This document shows, piece after piece, positions 1-12,118 of a stretch of 64,000 bases of DNA; positions within the stretch are counted from its first letter, which is position 1; each line of letters starts with the position of its first letter. A program made the translations under genes and the position numbers. A model generated the notes under the pieces. That model saw only the letters and a program-made list of their open reading frames with translations, searched no databases and was not told the origin of the DNA. The stretch lies in the NCBI GenBank assembly GCA_965113315.1, contig OZ220363.1. The stretch is one strand, 5' to 3'. Source of the stretch: Podarcis vaucheri. Its lineage: Eukaryota.

Positions 1-124
1 ACCTGGCGTGGAGATCTCTGTAGGCGGCTGCCGCATCCTCCTCCCTCTTCTTGGATGCCAGTACCTCCGCGTTCAATTGGGTAACTGCCTGTTGCAGCGC
101 TGCAACTGTCTCTGCTTCCGTCAT
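1..124 (-). mobile_element. Start of gag-like ORF of the Gypsy element (MTEAETVAALQQAVTQLNAEVLASKKREEDAAAAYRDLHAR...), runs off the window
   Basis: Coiled-coil-like N-terminus about 100 nt downstream of LTR/PBS. Confidence 0.6.
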
Positions 125-234
125 CTCTGCTAACCATCGTGAGCTTGCTCCCAAACACCGATCCCCTCCTCCAGCTGCCTCTCTCTCCGCTGCGAGATAT
201 CAGGTGTCCGAAGCTTTTGGGAGACGGGTCTTAC

Positions 235-1033
235 TGTCAGAGCTGCCACCCAGTCCCAGCTCACATAGGACCAAGTCCGCCAGCGTTCACTTTATAAGAG
301 TCTTTATTAAGTTACAGGTTTCATTTCCGAACTGCAGCGTGCAGCTCTACACCTTCTGCCCTAGGTCGGCGAAGACCCGTCTGAGTCCCCGCCTCTTGCA
401 CACCAGCTTAATACCCTAGCCTTGCTCCACCTCCTTCGCCTCTCCCTACGTCTCTGGGTCCTTCTGCCCCCCTGGGCCTCCTCCTTTCTACTCTCCTCTG
501 ACGCTGACCCCCCTGATCCTTCTGCCTCCTTGCGGCGGGCTTTGGGACCTGGCTCACTCTCCGGGCTGCTTACTGCTCCAGCTTCCGCTGCATTTGAACT
601 TGGCGCGCGCGCCCAACTCTCTACTTTCCTCTTAACCGTTGCCTCGCTCTCTGAGGAGGGCGTGACCACCCCTGACTCGTGCCCTCCCTCCTGCTGACAG
701 CCTCCGGAACCCGATGCCTGGCTACCTTCCTCCCTGCTGCTCTCAGTCTTGAGCGTGGGTCCCGACTTCCAGCTGCTGCCGCCCTCAGTTATGAGCGTGG
801 GTCCCGACTTCCAGCTGCTACTCTCTGAATCTCCTCTGTTCCCTTCCTCCTGGGGTGTCCCCCCGGATCCCCCCCTTGCTCTGCTCACTGGGGCTCCCTT
901 TTGGGAGTCCTCTGACTCACTGCTTAGGCTTGGAGATCTCGGGTCGTCATCATCACTCATTTTCCCTTCGGATTCCTCCCCCTCGCTCTCTGCTTCCTCC
1001 CTTCTCTGCGTCTCTGCTCCTGAACCCCTGACA
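235..1033 (-). mobile_element. 5' LTR of a Ty3/Gypsy (Tf1/sushi-like) retrotransposon
   Basis: TGTCA...TGACA termini; TATTAA at 408-413 and AATAAA at 303-308 on the minus strand; PBS 2 nt downstream; gag-like ORF follows. Confidence 0.85.
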
Positions 1034-1495
1034 AGTACGAATTCTAGAGCACCTTGTAAGCCATTCAAAACTGTGAGATTGAACCCACCAGCGTGTGGTG
1101 TGCAGTGAAATGTTTCATAGGGAAACAGGGGCAGAGGTGCCAGCTTGTGAGGGCAATGGGGGGGTGACGTCACGGTGTCCCCGACGTTTGTGCGTGTGAG
1201 CATCGCAGCTCCCTAAGCCGGGCAGAAGCTTCCTGGACACTGGAAAGGAGATGCCAGGGCCCTGCTGCCTCCTTCCTAAAGCCAGGTGGGCTTTGGGAAG
1301 GTGGCGGGAGGGCTCTTGGACCATTTAGGCAATTAGCCTAGTCCCCCTAGTCAACTGACTGCACACCACTGGCACCCACTGCCCCTATCTCCCCAACTTC
1401 CATACACTGAGTGGGCCTGCAGGCACCACCAAGCCCACACATGAACAACTTGTATGCTGATAGCTCTCTCTGCATGAGAGAGGACCTAACTTTTT

Positions 1496-2710
1496 TTCCC
1501 CAGTACATTTTTATTCAAATTACACAAAGAAAATATACAAATAAACATACCGCTAAACATATCAGTATACATATAAGTACATATTTACATAATTTATTAT
1601 TTCCCTTCCCCAAATTATACAGAAGATCATAAAAAGAAAAAGAAAATCATAATATTTCGGGCTCTGCCGAGCCCTGGACTCCCCTCCACCCTTTTGGTAA
1701 GTATCAAATAAATTCCACAATCACGTATTTTGTTTTTATTCTTAAAAGTTAATCACTCACTGTTAGATTTATTCCAACCCCGCCAGTTTCCTCTACAAAT
1801 TGGTTCCGATATAATTCCAATATTTATTCCAATTTTTTTGAAATTTCTGTTCATCTTGGTCTCGTATTCTACCTGTTAGTCTAGCAAGCTCGGCATAGTT
1901 TACCATTTTGACCTGCCAATCCTTTATACTGGGTATGGTTTCCGTTTTCCAGTTTTGTGCCAACATAATTCTTGCAGCTGTGGTGTCGTAAAGAAATATG
2001 TTCTTATCTTCTTTTCTAATTTCTTTACCCATCATTCCTAGCAGAAAGGCTTCAGGTCTTTTGGGGAAAGTGTATTTAAGTATTTTTTTAAGCTCGTTAT
2101 AAATTAGTTCCCAAAAGCCTTTCACTTTATTACATGACCACCACATGTGATAAAAGTCGCCTTCTGCTTCACCACATTTCCAACATCTTTTATTCTTTAA
2201 CCTATACATTTTAGCCAATTTCACCGGCGTGTGATACCACCTATATATCATTTTCCAGATATTTTCCCTCAGTGCCATACACGCCGTAAACTTTATACTA
2301 CTGTTCCACAGTTCCTCCCACCATTCAAAGTCAAGATTATGGCCGATGTCTATTGCCCATTTAATCATTGCCTCCTTCACGTCCTCGTCTTTTGTGTACC
2401 ACTCCAGTAGCATATCATATATCCTAGACAATATTTTATTTTTACCTTCAACTACCTCCACGTGGAACTTAGGTTTTTTGTCTTCAAAGCCCAGTTTCTT
2501 TTTATCTTCTTTTAACAAATCATTCACCTGGTGGTATTGCAACCAGCCAGTGAATAAGTTTTTTATCTCTTCGTAGGGTCTAAGTTTCTTCCCTTGTTCT
2601 GTTTTAGTTATAAGTTCTTCATAGGTGGCATTCTTCTCTTCCATATTTGTTTTCCTAATCGTTAACACCTCTAATGGTGAGATCCACCAGGGAGTCTTCC
2701 TTTCCAGGAG
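1496..2710 (-). mobile_element. 5'-truncated L1-clade LINE (ORF2 C-terminus plus 3'UTR)
   Basis: ORF 1793-2668 with CWKC...HMWWSC Cys/His motif; TSD ATGAGAGAGGACCTAACTTTTT at 1474-1495 and 2711-2732. Confidence 0.9.
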
Positions 2711-3396
2711 ATGAGAGAGGACCTAACTTTTTGCAGGGTTCCCAAGCACACAGACGTATGAAGGTGCTTTATACCAAATTAAATAATTGGTCCATCTAGT
2801 TCATTATTATGAGCACTAACAGACACCAGCTTTCATTTTTTAAAAACAAACCTTTTTAAAAGGTTTGAAAAGCACTTAGCAATAAGTCTCAAGGAGAAAT
2901 TGGAAATGTTGAGGATGAAAATGGCTTACAGCTTCTCTGCACTTTGCCTTGACTACGGATCCTCTATTAAGTTCCCTTTTGGCAATATGAGCTGCTAGTT
3001 TTACAGTCACAGCAGGTAGAGGTCATGGGAGCGCTGTGTAGCTTTGCCATCAGTGGTATCACAGGCACATTCCACTATGAGTTTGTGTAACACACACAGC
3101 ATTTATTCCATAGGTGGTCCTGCTAGAAAGGGAGGAGATCATACTTCTTACAACAATATACTTATGATATGTAGGTAGAAACTAGATTCCTCAAAACAAT
3201 GGGCAACATGCCAGATTACTTGCACTATAATATTCCTGAGGGATATTAGATAATATATTGTTAGCTGAGATGTTGACCCCACATAACTGTATGTTATACT
3301 CACATATTAAGAGCCCTGGAATGATTATATGAAAAGATTCAATCAGGTATAATGACAAAGTTAGGGCATGCAATAAAAACATACATTGTCTGGTAC

Positions 3397-3971
3397 CTGA
3401 CTTTCAGCCCCATATGGATTTTCAGTTCCAAAAAACTTCCTCTTTGCTTCTCCATTTCCATATGTATTTGTTTTGGTGTTTGGGTCCTAGCAGGCAAAAC
3501 AGAATCACAATGGATCTAAGTTACAAACACATTATTTTTAGTTATGCTATATTACATACCTGTGGTAGAACCAACATAGAAAGATTTGTAACGTAGGCAC
3601 AGCAATTCTACAATGATTCTGCACTGAGATGCTTGCCTGCCAGACACCATCCTTGTTTGCAGTATGTAGGTTCTGACATATTTGAAAAAGAATACCCTTC
3701 AAGCATGAAATCTGTTGGCTACCAGTCTGTGAGATGCAAAATTTATAAAAGTATACAGTTAGGTATACTTTGCTTACTGAGTTTGCAGTCCCTCTTCCAT
3801 CACAGTCACAATAATTATTTCATTTGTCTCACTCAAGGCAATAAAGCTAATGTTGAAGACATTCCTTACCAGAAGAATATTGGCTGGTGAACCCATATAA
3901 ATCTCGGATGTGTACACTGCAGGTGGTGCTTTGACCTCAGAGTCCAAAACTGAGAAGGATCCTTGAAGCAT
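3397..3971 (-). CDS. Candidate first two coding exons (3870-3971, 3397-3486) of a third cPLA2 paralogue, probably epsilon
   Basis: ATG plus 34 codons ending CTG|GTAAGG, then a 90-nt open phase 0-0 exon CTAG|GAC...CAG|GTACCA. No recognisable homology; support is splice signals and expected cluster order only. Confidence 0.45.
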
Positions 3972-5109
3972 TCATAGAGACTTTGAACCAGTTAAGGAAG
4001 ATGAACAAGTGTATAAAAAGTGACTCAGAGCTACACCCCTCTCTTACTTGACAGATTCTTCCTACATTCTCTTACTTGACAGTCTCCTCCTACATTCCAC
4101 TCTCTATCCAGGCAAATCTGTCAGGTTATTTGCTTATGAAACAATTACCCTGTACGATCCTTAGCATGCCTCCTCCAGACTGCCAGTTCTTTCCAGGAGG
4201 GATTCATGCGCACATCAGAATTTTAGATTTCCACAATTAAAGTGAGTGAAAGTGCCCTGTCACCCCAGTACACCAGATCCACTTTAAACAAAACAAAACA
4301 AAACAAAAACCTGCTGTTTTGCTGTATGGAAAGTGAGGGGGAAATAATTTTTCAGGTTTTGAGACTTTGCTACAATGCATAAACTCTGTTATTAATTAGG
4401 TGAGTTTTATCCTGTTTTGGAATGTGAAAGTAGGGGATGTTATAAGGCCATACACACACAAAGTATTTTTTTTTGTAATAATATTTTTTAAAAAGAAAAA
4501 GAAAGTGAGGGGGGAATAGACTGAAAAGTGTGGAATAAATATATGATTAACAAGAAGACATGTCAAATACACCATAAGCAAATCAGAATGAATGCTTGTT
4601 GTCATATAACCAACCACCCTGTGAAATAATCAGAACGGATGCTCAGTAAAACCCAGACATACTTTAGTCACCATGTAAGCTTTGTACAAGCAAATTGGAA
4701 TTACTTCTAAAAAGGTCTAAACAGGCCATCTAGAACAGTCCTTAGATAATAAAGGATACCATGCTCAAAACTTGCACATTTTCAAAAAAGAAAAACCTTA
4801 ATATTTGGTGACTTGGAGATGAACCATGATAAAAGAACTTTAAACAAATCTGTTTCCTGTTAAAATTCTGATTTGTGAAACAGCCCCAGGGTTACCACCA
4901 ACCTTATTGGACAGGGCTCCTAATCCAATAAAAATTGCAAGCATAAATAAGGCATGTAGAGGAGAGATATGCAACCAGATGGGCTTTCAGTTAGAAGCAG
5001 AAAGGAAGAGAGTATTAGTGGGTCTGTGAGTGAAATTCCTTCAGCCATAGCCCTCACTGGGTCGAATCTCTCCTATCCACAACTCAGTTATGGATAAGGT
5101 TGATCTGGC

Positions 5110-5146
<37 letters not shown>

Positions 5147-5826
5147 TAATAATAATAATTTTTATTTATACCCTGCCCTCCCCAGCCAAGGCCGGGCTCA
5201 GAGCGGCTTACAAGCAATAATAAAAACAAGTTTAATGATTACAACTTAAAAACAAAATTAAAATACAACATTAAAATATTGAAACATTAAAATATTAAAA
5301 TGTAGCCTCCTCGCAGGAGGAGAAGGAAAAGAAAAAAGAAAGAGAGGGAGGGAATCAAATTGGCTCCAAGCCAAAGGCCAGGCGGAACAATTCTGTCTTA
5401 CAGGCCCTGCAGGAAGAAATCAGATCCTGCAGGGCCCAGGTCTCATGAGGCAGAGCGTTCCACCAGGCCGGAGCCAGAGTTGAAAAGGCCCTGGCTCTGG
5501 TTGAAGCCAATCTAACTTCCTTAGGGCCCGGGACCACTAGGGTGTTGCTATTTATGGACCTTGAGGCTCTCCGTGGGGCATACCGGGAGAGGCAGTCCCG
5601 TAGGTACGAGGGTCCTAGGCTGTGAAGGGCTTTAAAGGTCAAAACCAGCACCTTAAATCTGACCCTGTACTCCACCGGGAGCCAGTGCAGCTGGAAAAGC
5701 ACTGGGTGAATATGCTTCCATGGGGGAGACCCCGTGAGGAGCCTCGCTGCAGCATTCTGCACCCACTGGAGTTTCTGGGACAGCTTCAAGGGCAGCCCCG
5801 CGTAGAGCGAATTACGGTAGTCAAGC
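5110..5826 (-). mobile_element. L2-clade LINE 3' fragment with (TTA)n tail
   Basis: LDYRNSLYAGLP...QNAAARLL...LHWLPV motif; (AAT)n at 5111-5158. Confidence 0.88.
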
Positions 5827-5829
5827 CAT

Positions 5830-6310
5830 ATATAACCAAGACCTCGGTGGGTGAGCAGCAAGGAGTTAGTATTCCTCAGCTGGCACGCCAAGGTACTTGG
5901 TCCAGCATCAAGAAAGATTTGAAAGCCTTGCCATGGACCATAGGAATTTGATTTCTCTCCCCCCCCCCCCGCTTCCTATCCAGATGGGTACGTGTCTAGA
6001 GTGTTTGCACCTTGTACTGAGACAATCAGACACATTGAGGATTCTTTTGCCATACCATCCTTCCCTTTGTCCAACACCCTGAGCGTATGGAGCTGGTCTT
6101 GGACATGATATTGAGCAACCCCAGGCTATCGATACTGGGGGACGTTGATGTTCACACTATAAGGCCATTAATTCCGGGGCAGATCAGAACATTATGGCTA
6201 CTATTACAACTACAGGGATGTCTCAACATGTCATCGGTCCAACAAATGTAGCAAGGACATGCATTAGGACCTTGTTTTCTCATCGGGTCAGGAAATGGGT
6301 GATCTAAGAA
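5830..6310 (+). mobile_element. Degraded L2-like endonuclease-region fragment
   Basis: Broken frame LECLHLVL...ILLPYHP...ILGDVDVH resembles APE endonuclease. Confidence 0.55.
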
Positions 6311-6335
6311 TGTACAAGTGGGAGCTTAGACACAC

Positions 6336-6419
6336 CTTTCCTGCTTGGCAGGGGGTTGGACTCGATGGCCCTTGTGGTCTCTTCCAACTCTATGATTCTA
6401 TGATTCTATGATTCTATGA
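6336..6419 (+). mobile_element. CR1 LINE 3' end with (ATTCTATG)n tail
   Basis: GGGGTTGGACTCGATG...TTCCAACTCTATG followed by octamer repeats. Confidence 0.85.
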
Positions 6420-6522
6420 CCTCTTTGTTCTGACCTTTGACACCTGACATGCGTGTTGCCAGGGCTCACCCTTTTGTTGTGAGTTTAACCTGTTTTAACT
6501 GTTTTTAATTCTGGGTTTTAGA

Positions 6523-6967
6523 CAGCGGCGTAGCGTGAGTTGTCAGCACCCGGGGCAAGACAAGTAATTTGCGCCCCCCCCCAACCCCTAACCTGCCGAT
6601 CTGAGGCGAGTTGCCGCTGGCGCTGCCGTCCAAACCACGCCGCTTGCCCGGAGGAGGAGGGGGGCAGAGAGGGGAGGAAAATGCAACATGGCCCAGCAGC
6701 TGCAGCAGCAGCAGCGGAGGCGGCGCTGTGAGGAGGGGCTGCCTGGCGTGTCCTCCGCGGCCCTGACGCGCAGGGCTGAGAGCCGCTGCCTGCCGGACGC
6801 CTTCAGCCCGGGCGCGCGCACAGCTCGTCGGTTCCGCGAGACATGGGGCTCTGCTACAGCCTGCGCCGGAGGCTCTTCGGCGACTCCGGAGGCAGCGAGC
6901 GCGCCCCCCCCCAGATGTTGTGCCCGGTGCGGGCGGCCCCCCTGGCACCCCCCACGCTACGCCACTG
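6523..6967. mobile_element. Non-autonomous hAT element (CAGTGGCGTAGCGTG TIR family)
   Basis: TIRs and 8-bp TSD GTTTTAGA. Confidence 0.9.
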
Positions 6968-8220
6968 GTTTTAGATTGCTGGGACCTGCCAGTAAAGGCT
7001 GGTAATAAATAAAATGAAACAACAACCACAACCACATGAGCTGCTGTTTGTCCTTTGGCAAGCTGGGTTCACTGACAGCATTCTCCACTGGAATTGGCTT
7101 CACTAAGGAGTTCACCGCTGAGAAATCCCAATGCAGCCAAGAGGGCCTGCTGCCAGGGCAGATCAGTTAAAAAAAACTCCACTATTGCTCATCTGTTACC
7201 ACCAGGCAGGTGATAAACCAAAGAGGGTGAGGTGAAAAGTCAGTCAAGTGGACCATCTGCGGGTGAATGTCTAAGCATGGCAACACTCATATCCATTTCA
7301 AAATAGATACTATTATTCAATCATTCACCTCTAATGCAATTTAGATGCTCTTTGATTAAGCCACTGGGTGTGATTAATTCAGAGAATTCTTGCCTGGTAT
7401 GTGTGTGTGCTACTAATTCTGCAGTGACATGAATAACTGGTGTGCCAAGTCTAGTATCACAAAATAGGATGCATCGTATAGCTCTGGTTTCCATTGTTGC
7501 TTCATTAAGAACACGAAAGCACCGCTCATATACGGTGTGTTTGAAGGTATCCTACATTCCTGGATTCCTAAGCATTCGTGAATCACCACGGCAATTAAGG
7601 GTATCTAAAAAGAAATCAGCATGTTGCCCTTAGCGCTCTTCTGAACTTGGACCACGGAAACTGGATTCCTACCAGCTCTTGACTTGTCTGAATAAAATAT
7701 GCAAAGTAATTCTAAATGTTGAAATCATGAGGGCATGTGTTTCTTTAAAATTTGTGAAGGTACAAAGAGTCTCCTTTTAATGATACCACTAGGAGTCAAC
7801 GGTGGGAAGATCATTTGGAGAGATTGCACTTCTTCTGATTCAGAGAAAGAAACAGGTTTTAAATAAATTAATACGAGCATGCATACAATCAGTAGTTGTT
7901 GTTTTTTTAACTGAACAGCATGGAAATTGGGGTGGAGTTTTTTTTATTTTAGTGCAAATATTGAATGATAGGAATATCCCAGGGAGTCTAGAATTAATAT
8001 ATTTTATTCACACTGACAGCCAGAATTGTTCCTCTGCTGTATTTTCCTACAGGGGGGAAAAATCAATTTTTAATAAATGCACTGCTGCATACAATTAATT
8101 AGCAATACAATGAGTAGATGCAATACTAGCCAAAGTGTGAACTATGTAAATTGTTATCAATTGATATATTTTTATTTTTAAGGCAACAGTTCCTAGGAAG
8201 TATGCATGCATGTATAACTG

Positions 8221-8661
8221 ATATACCTACGGGACCGCCCCTCCTGGTATGCTCCACGGAGGACCTTAAGGTCCATATATAGCAACACCCTAGAAGTCCC
8301 GGGCCCTAAGGAAGTTAGATTAGCCTCAACCAGAGCCAGGGCCTTCTCAACACTGGCTCCGGCCTGGTGGAACTCTCTGTCTCATGAGACCAGAGCCCTG
8401 TGGGATCTGATTTCTTTCCGCAGGTCCTGTAAGACAGATTTGTTCCACCTGGCCTTTGGCTTAGAATCAGTTTGATTCCCTCCCCCTCTTTCTTTTTCCT
8501 TTCTCCTCCTGTGAAGAGGCTGCATCGTAATGTTTTAATGTTGTATCTTAATCTTTTAAATTGTATTTTAATCAACTTGTTTATATTATTGGTTGTTAGC
8601 CACCCTGAGCCCGATCTTGGCTGGGGAGGGCGGGGTATAAATAAAAAATTATTATTATTAT
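8221..8661 (+). mobile_element. L2-clade LINE 3' fragment, same family as 5110-5826
   Basis: Reverse-complement similarity to about 5160-5610; (TTA)n tail. Confidence 0.85.
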
Positions 8662-9204
8662 AAAGACATAGCTTTCACAGCCTTCTGAAATAAGCTATCC
8701 ATTGCCCTTTTGTTTTATTTAAATAATGTTAGAAAGTTTGTGTTTTATTATACAGTATTTACAAACACCCTGATAAAAATAATTTCCAACTAAATCTTTG
8801 AATCTGCTTCATTAGAACATCTAAACTGCACTAAGTGTGCTTTGTAGATTTTCTTTTCCTATTCAAATATTTTAACTGGAATATTTTTGGTGATTGGGGA
8901 AAACACCGAAATATTTATACAACTCATAAAATTCACCCAGTGTATGTTTTAGTTTTAGTTATTCAATTACGTCAAGCAAACGTACTCAATCAGATTCAAG
9001 CTGATATGCTGTATCAGAATATTTGCTGGCAAGACATTCTAGAAAACCCATCTCAATATTTCATGAAGGATACCATGGTCAATGGTATCAAAAGCCGCTA
9101 AGAGATCCAGCAGAACCAGGAAACAGATTTCACCTCTGTCCCTAGCCTGCTGGAGATTGCCAACTAGTGCAACCAAGGCGGTTTCAATCCCAATGATACC
9201 TGAG

Positions 9205-9739
9205 CAGTGGCGTAGCGTGGGTTCTCAGCACCCGGGGCAAGGCAAGTAATTTGCGCCCCCTAACCCGTGGATTTTAGCACTTGAGTCTCTTCCGCTCCCC
9301 CCCCCAGATATTGCGCCAGGTGCGGCAGGCCCCCCTGCACCCCCCACGCTACGCCACTGCTCCCACCACAAGTCTTCAGGACAGCCATCCGAAGGCTGGC
9401 GCGGGGAAGGTCTCTCCGCCCCACCGCCAGGCTTCGGAGCAGCCTTCCGAAGGCTGGCTGCGGGAGGAGGTCTCTCCGCCCCACCGCCAGGCTTCGGAGG
9501 AGCCTTCCGAAGGCTGGCGGCGGGAGGAGGTCTCTCCGCCCCACCGCCAGGCTTCAGAGGAGCCTTCCGAAGGCTGGCGGTGGGGCGGAGAGACCTCCTC
9601 CCGCCGCCAGGCTTCGGAGCAGCCTTCCGAAGGCCTTGGAGAGGTTCCCGCTTCCTCGAGGGGGGCCGGCCAAACGCGCCCCCCAAATGTTGCGCCCGGT
9701 GCGGCCGGCACCCCTGGCACCCCCCACGCTACGCCACTG
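9205..9739. mobile_element. Composite non-autonomous hAT element with internal 60-bp tandem array
   Basis: TIRs; TSD TACCTGAG; internal right TIR at 9341-9359. Confidence 0.9.
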
Positions 9740-11885
9740 TACCTGAGTGTCATTACCTAGGACCCAGGTGAATGTCATTACCTGAGACCCACTAGGGTCA
9801 ACACAGCAGGCAGGCATTTTTGAGCATACATTGCTCTCATACATTGCTTTCACAGCACTAATGTTTCTGTTTTGAGTTAGTCTCTACTGAGACTTACAGT
9901 CCAAGTGGCTAGCAGGACACCAAGGAAAGGTTGTGCTGATTAGGAATGCAGGAAATCTGACAAGTTCCTTCAGGCTAGCTGGAAGGTGAAGTACAGAGTA
10001 CCCCTATACTGACATGCTCTCACCCTCTGTCACTGAAGACGTTTCTAATGCACAACTGACCTCAGCCTGCTAAGTGCAGAGCCTGCTGAAACATTTTCCC
10101 AGGCACAACCACAATGAATCTGTGCCATGGCCCTAGCTAAGCAGAGATTTTTCATGCACCTCAACCTGTCTTTTTGCTAACAAGCAGGGCCTTGCCTATC
10201 AGCTTCACATACCAGAATGGCGAAGTGGCCTTGAAGAGACTGGAAGCTCCAAACTGACCGCTTCCTGTAACAGACTACCAAAAATGCAGCATTTTGCACA
10301 AGACAGAAGAATTTATAAACTTTGTTGCCATGGTACAGCTGGTAGAAAGGAGTGTGTGTTTTGTAAACCAATTAGAAGTGAACATGAGGAGTCCATGAGC
10401 TGTCCATGTGTTCTGTTATCCAATCATGTTGCTGAAAGGGATCGTTCACGAGCTAACCATGTAAAGAGAATGTTCTAAAAGCATCTTGAATTTTGTATTT
10501 CGAGTCCAGAATTGGGAGAATTCCTCTGGATCATTTATTCTTGCTGCAGTTGGCAATAAATATGAACTTTTTCCACGATGCTACTGTCTTTATTTGGCTA
10601 AAGAGGACCTACGTATTTCCAGACCCCCTTTGTATGGTAACACCATGATGTTATTTTCACTAATGTATTGCACTGATATGCAAACTTTACCCCCGTATGC
10701 GTATTCACATGGTCAGAGAACTGCATCAAAATACTTGTTTGTGTCTCGAGGCCCCAAGACCCACCCCCCAAATAAATACACACGGACACTTACATTAGTT
10801 TATGTTTGGGGGCAAATTTTGGCCACAACTTTATTGAAATACAATCACGTGAGCGGTATTGGCTTAGCCATTGACTCCCCACTATAACTGACTCCACCTC
10901 TCAGGATAATCGTCCAATGGGGTAAACCAAACGAGGGAGCAAGGTCGATGAGGACCAACCTAAGCTCACCCCTGGGTTCCTGTGGTCCTGGCATGGCCCT
11001 AGCCCCTCAAGCAGACTTCAGACAAGATCCAGGACGCCCAGATTCCTTTAACAGAATACTCAGTTCCTGGAGGGGCAGGTGATGGCTGCACCTCCCCTCC
11101 TCACAATCCAACTGAGCCAATGCCTAACCACCACCTTACAAGTTGTGACTATTTGCTAAGGGGTAGGTGAAAACCAAATGGCTAAAGCCAATCTGCCAAA
11201 TGGAAAAAAAAATCCTACCCAGCCCCTGTTCCAAAACAGGCGACCCAAACCAAAGCAAGGCCAAGTGACTCTACCTAAACTAGGGAGGGTCAGCCGTGCA
11301 AATGCAAGTGCCCTACTTGCATCATGCTGCCATTTTTAAAGCCCCTGGGATCACGCCACCTACTGGCTATTGGCTAAAACTGCCTGGCGTGATCTCAGGG
11401 GAATGGACAGGACTTCCTGCTCCTTTCCCCACCACCACCACCACCACCACCACCATTTTAACCCTGTCAGGTGAGCTCTTGGGTCCCGAGCACAACCAGG
11501 ACCCTCTGTTATGAGGATCCCATATCTCACAGTGAAAAAAATATCAACCAAGTTAACAGCAGATTGTATTCTACTGAAGCAGTGATTGCACTTAAGGGCA
11601 TAATCCTCTGAGAAGCAATGTTTATTACACCCTGCTGAAATGAATGGGTGTTATGTAAAAAGAACACAGTGCATGCAGTGGATTTCAATGATGTTTGTCT
11701 ACAGGACTTCCCAGCGTCTTAAGGTTTAACACAGTTGTTATGAATATATGATTCGGGATAAAGTGGTTGGGCGTTTCTGTTTACACAAAGTTGCTCCAAT
11801 CTAGAAATCTACAAACTCAGCAGAATATATGGGCTGACACCCCACTAAAAAAAAAGATCAAAGAGAGATGACAGAGAGTGGCAGG

Positions 11886-11939
11886 ACTGAGTGTTCCACA
11901 CACAACATCTCAGAACTGAGTGTTCCACACACAACATCC
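11886..11939. repeat. 30-bp tandem duplication (ACTGAGTGTTCCACACACAACATC)
   Basis: Seen directly. Confidence 0.85.
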
Positions 11940-12118
11940 GCTGCATTTGGAATATTCCCAGGCAACAGTTTATTGGGTGTTGTTACAAGTTTTGGGGGGC
12001 GGAGTCAGTCTGGATGCATCCCTTCCAAATTTTTCACCCCCTCCAAATCTGATTTTGTGTATGTGAAGTTAGAATCTATGAGGGGAAATATACCAAACTG
12101 GTCAGACTAGTCTCTTTG

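Noticed and set aside
1793-2668. 291-aa ORF as a host gene
   Set aside because: It is an L1 ORF2 C-terminus bounded by a TSD.
2930-3030. Possible C2 first exon of the third gene (..AVTVKLAAH..|GTAAGC)
   Set aside because: In-frame stop upstream, incompatible acceptor phase, and no convincing C2 motif.
7424-7606. Minus-strand segment after TTTTTAG reading IPLIAVVIHECLG..., faintly like the cPLA2 VPVIAV exon
   Set aside because: No GGG-R or GXSGS motif, no matching donor, and no neighbouring relic exons.
9381-9635. Regular repeat array superficially like CRISPR
   Set aside because: No unique spacers, eukaryotic context, and it is a minisatellite inside a hAT element.
6505-9853. Many overlapping GC-rich ORFs (also 21197-22093, 23357-24129, 32910-33647, 36113-36873, 59827-60349)
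   Set aside because: They lie in GC-rich, mostly MITE-derived sequence where stops are rare; there are no domain motifs or splice support.
10740-11360. Possible solo LTR (also 24730-25110, 50220-50540) and possible old non-LTR fragment at 59335-59760
   Set aside because: I could not establish termini, TSDs or family motifs by eye.
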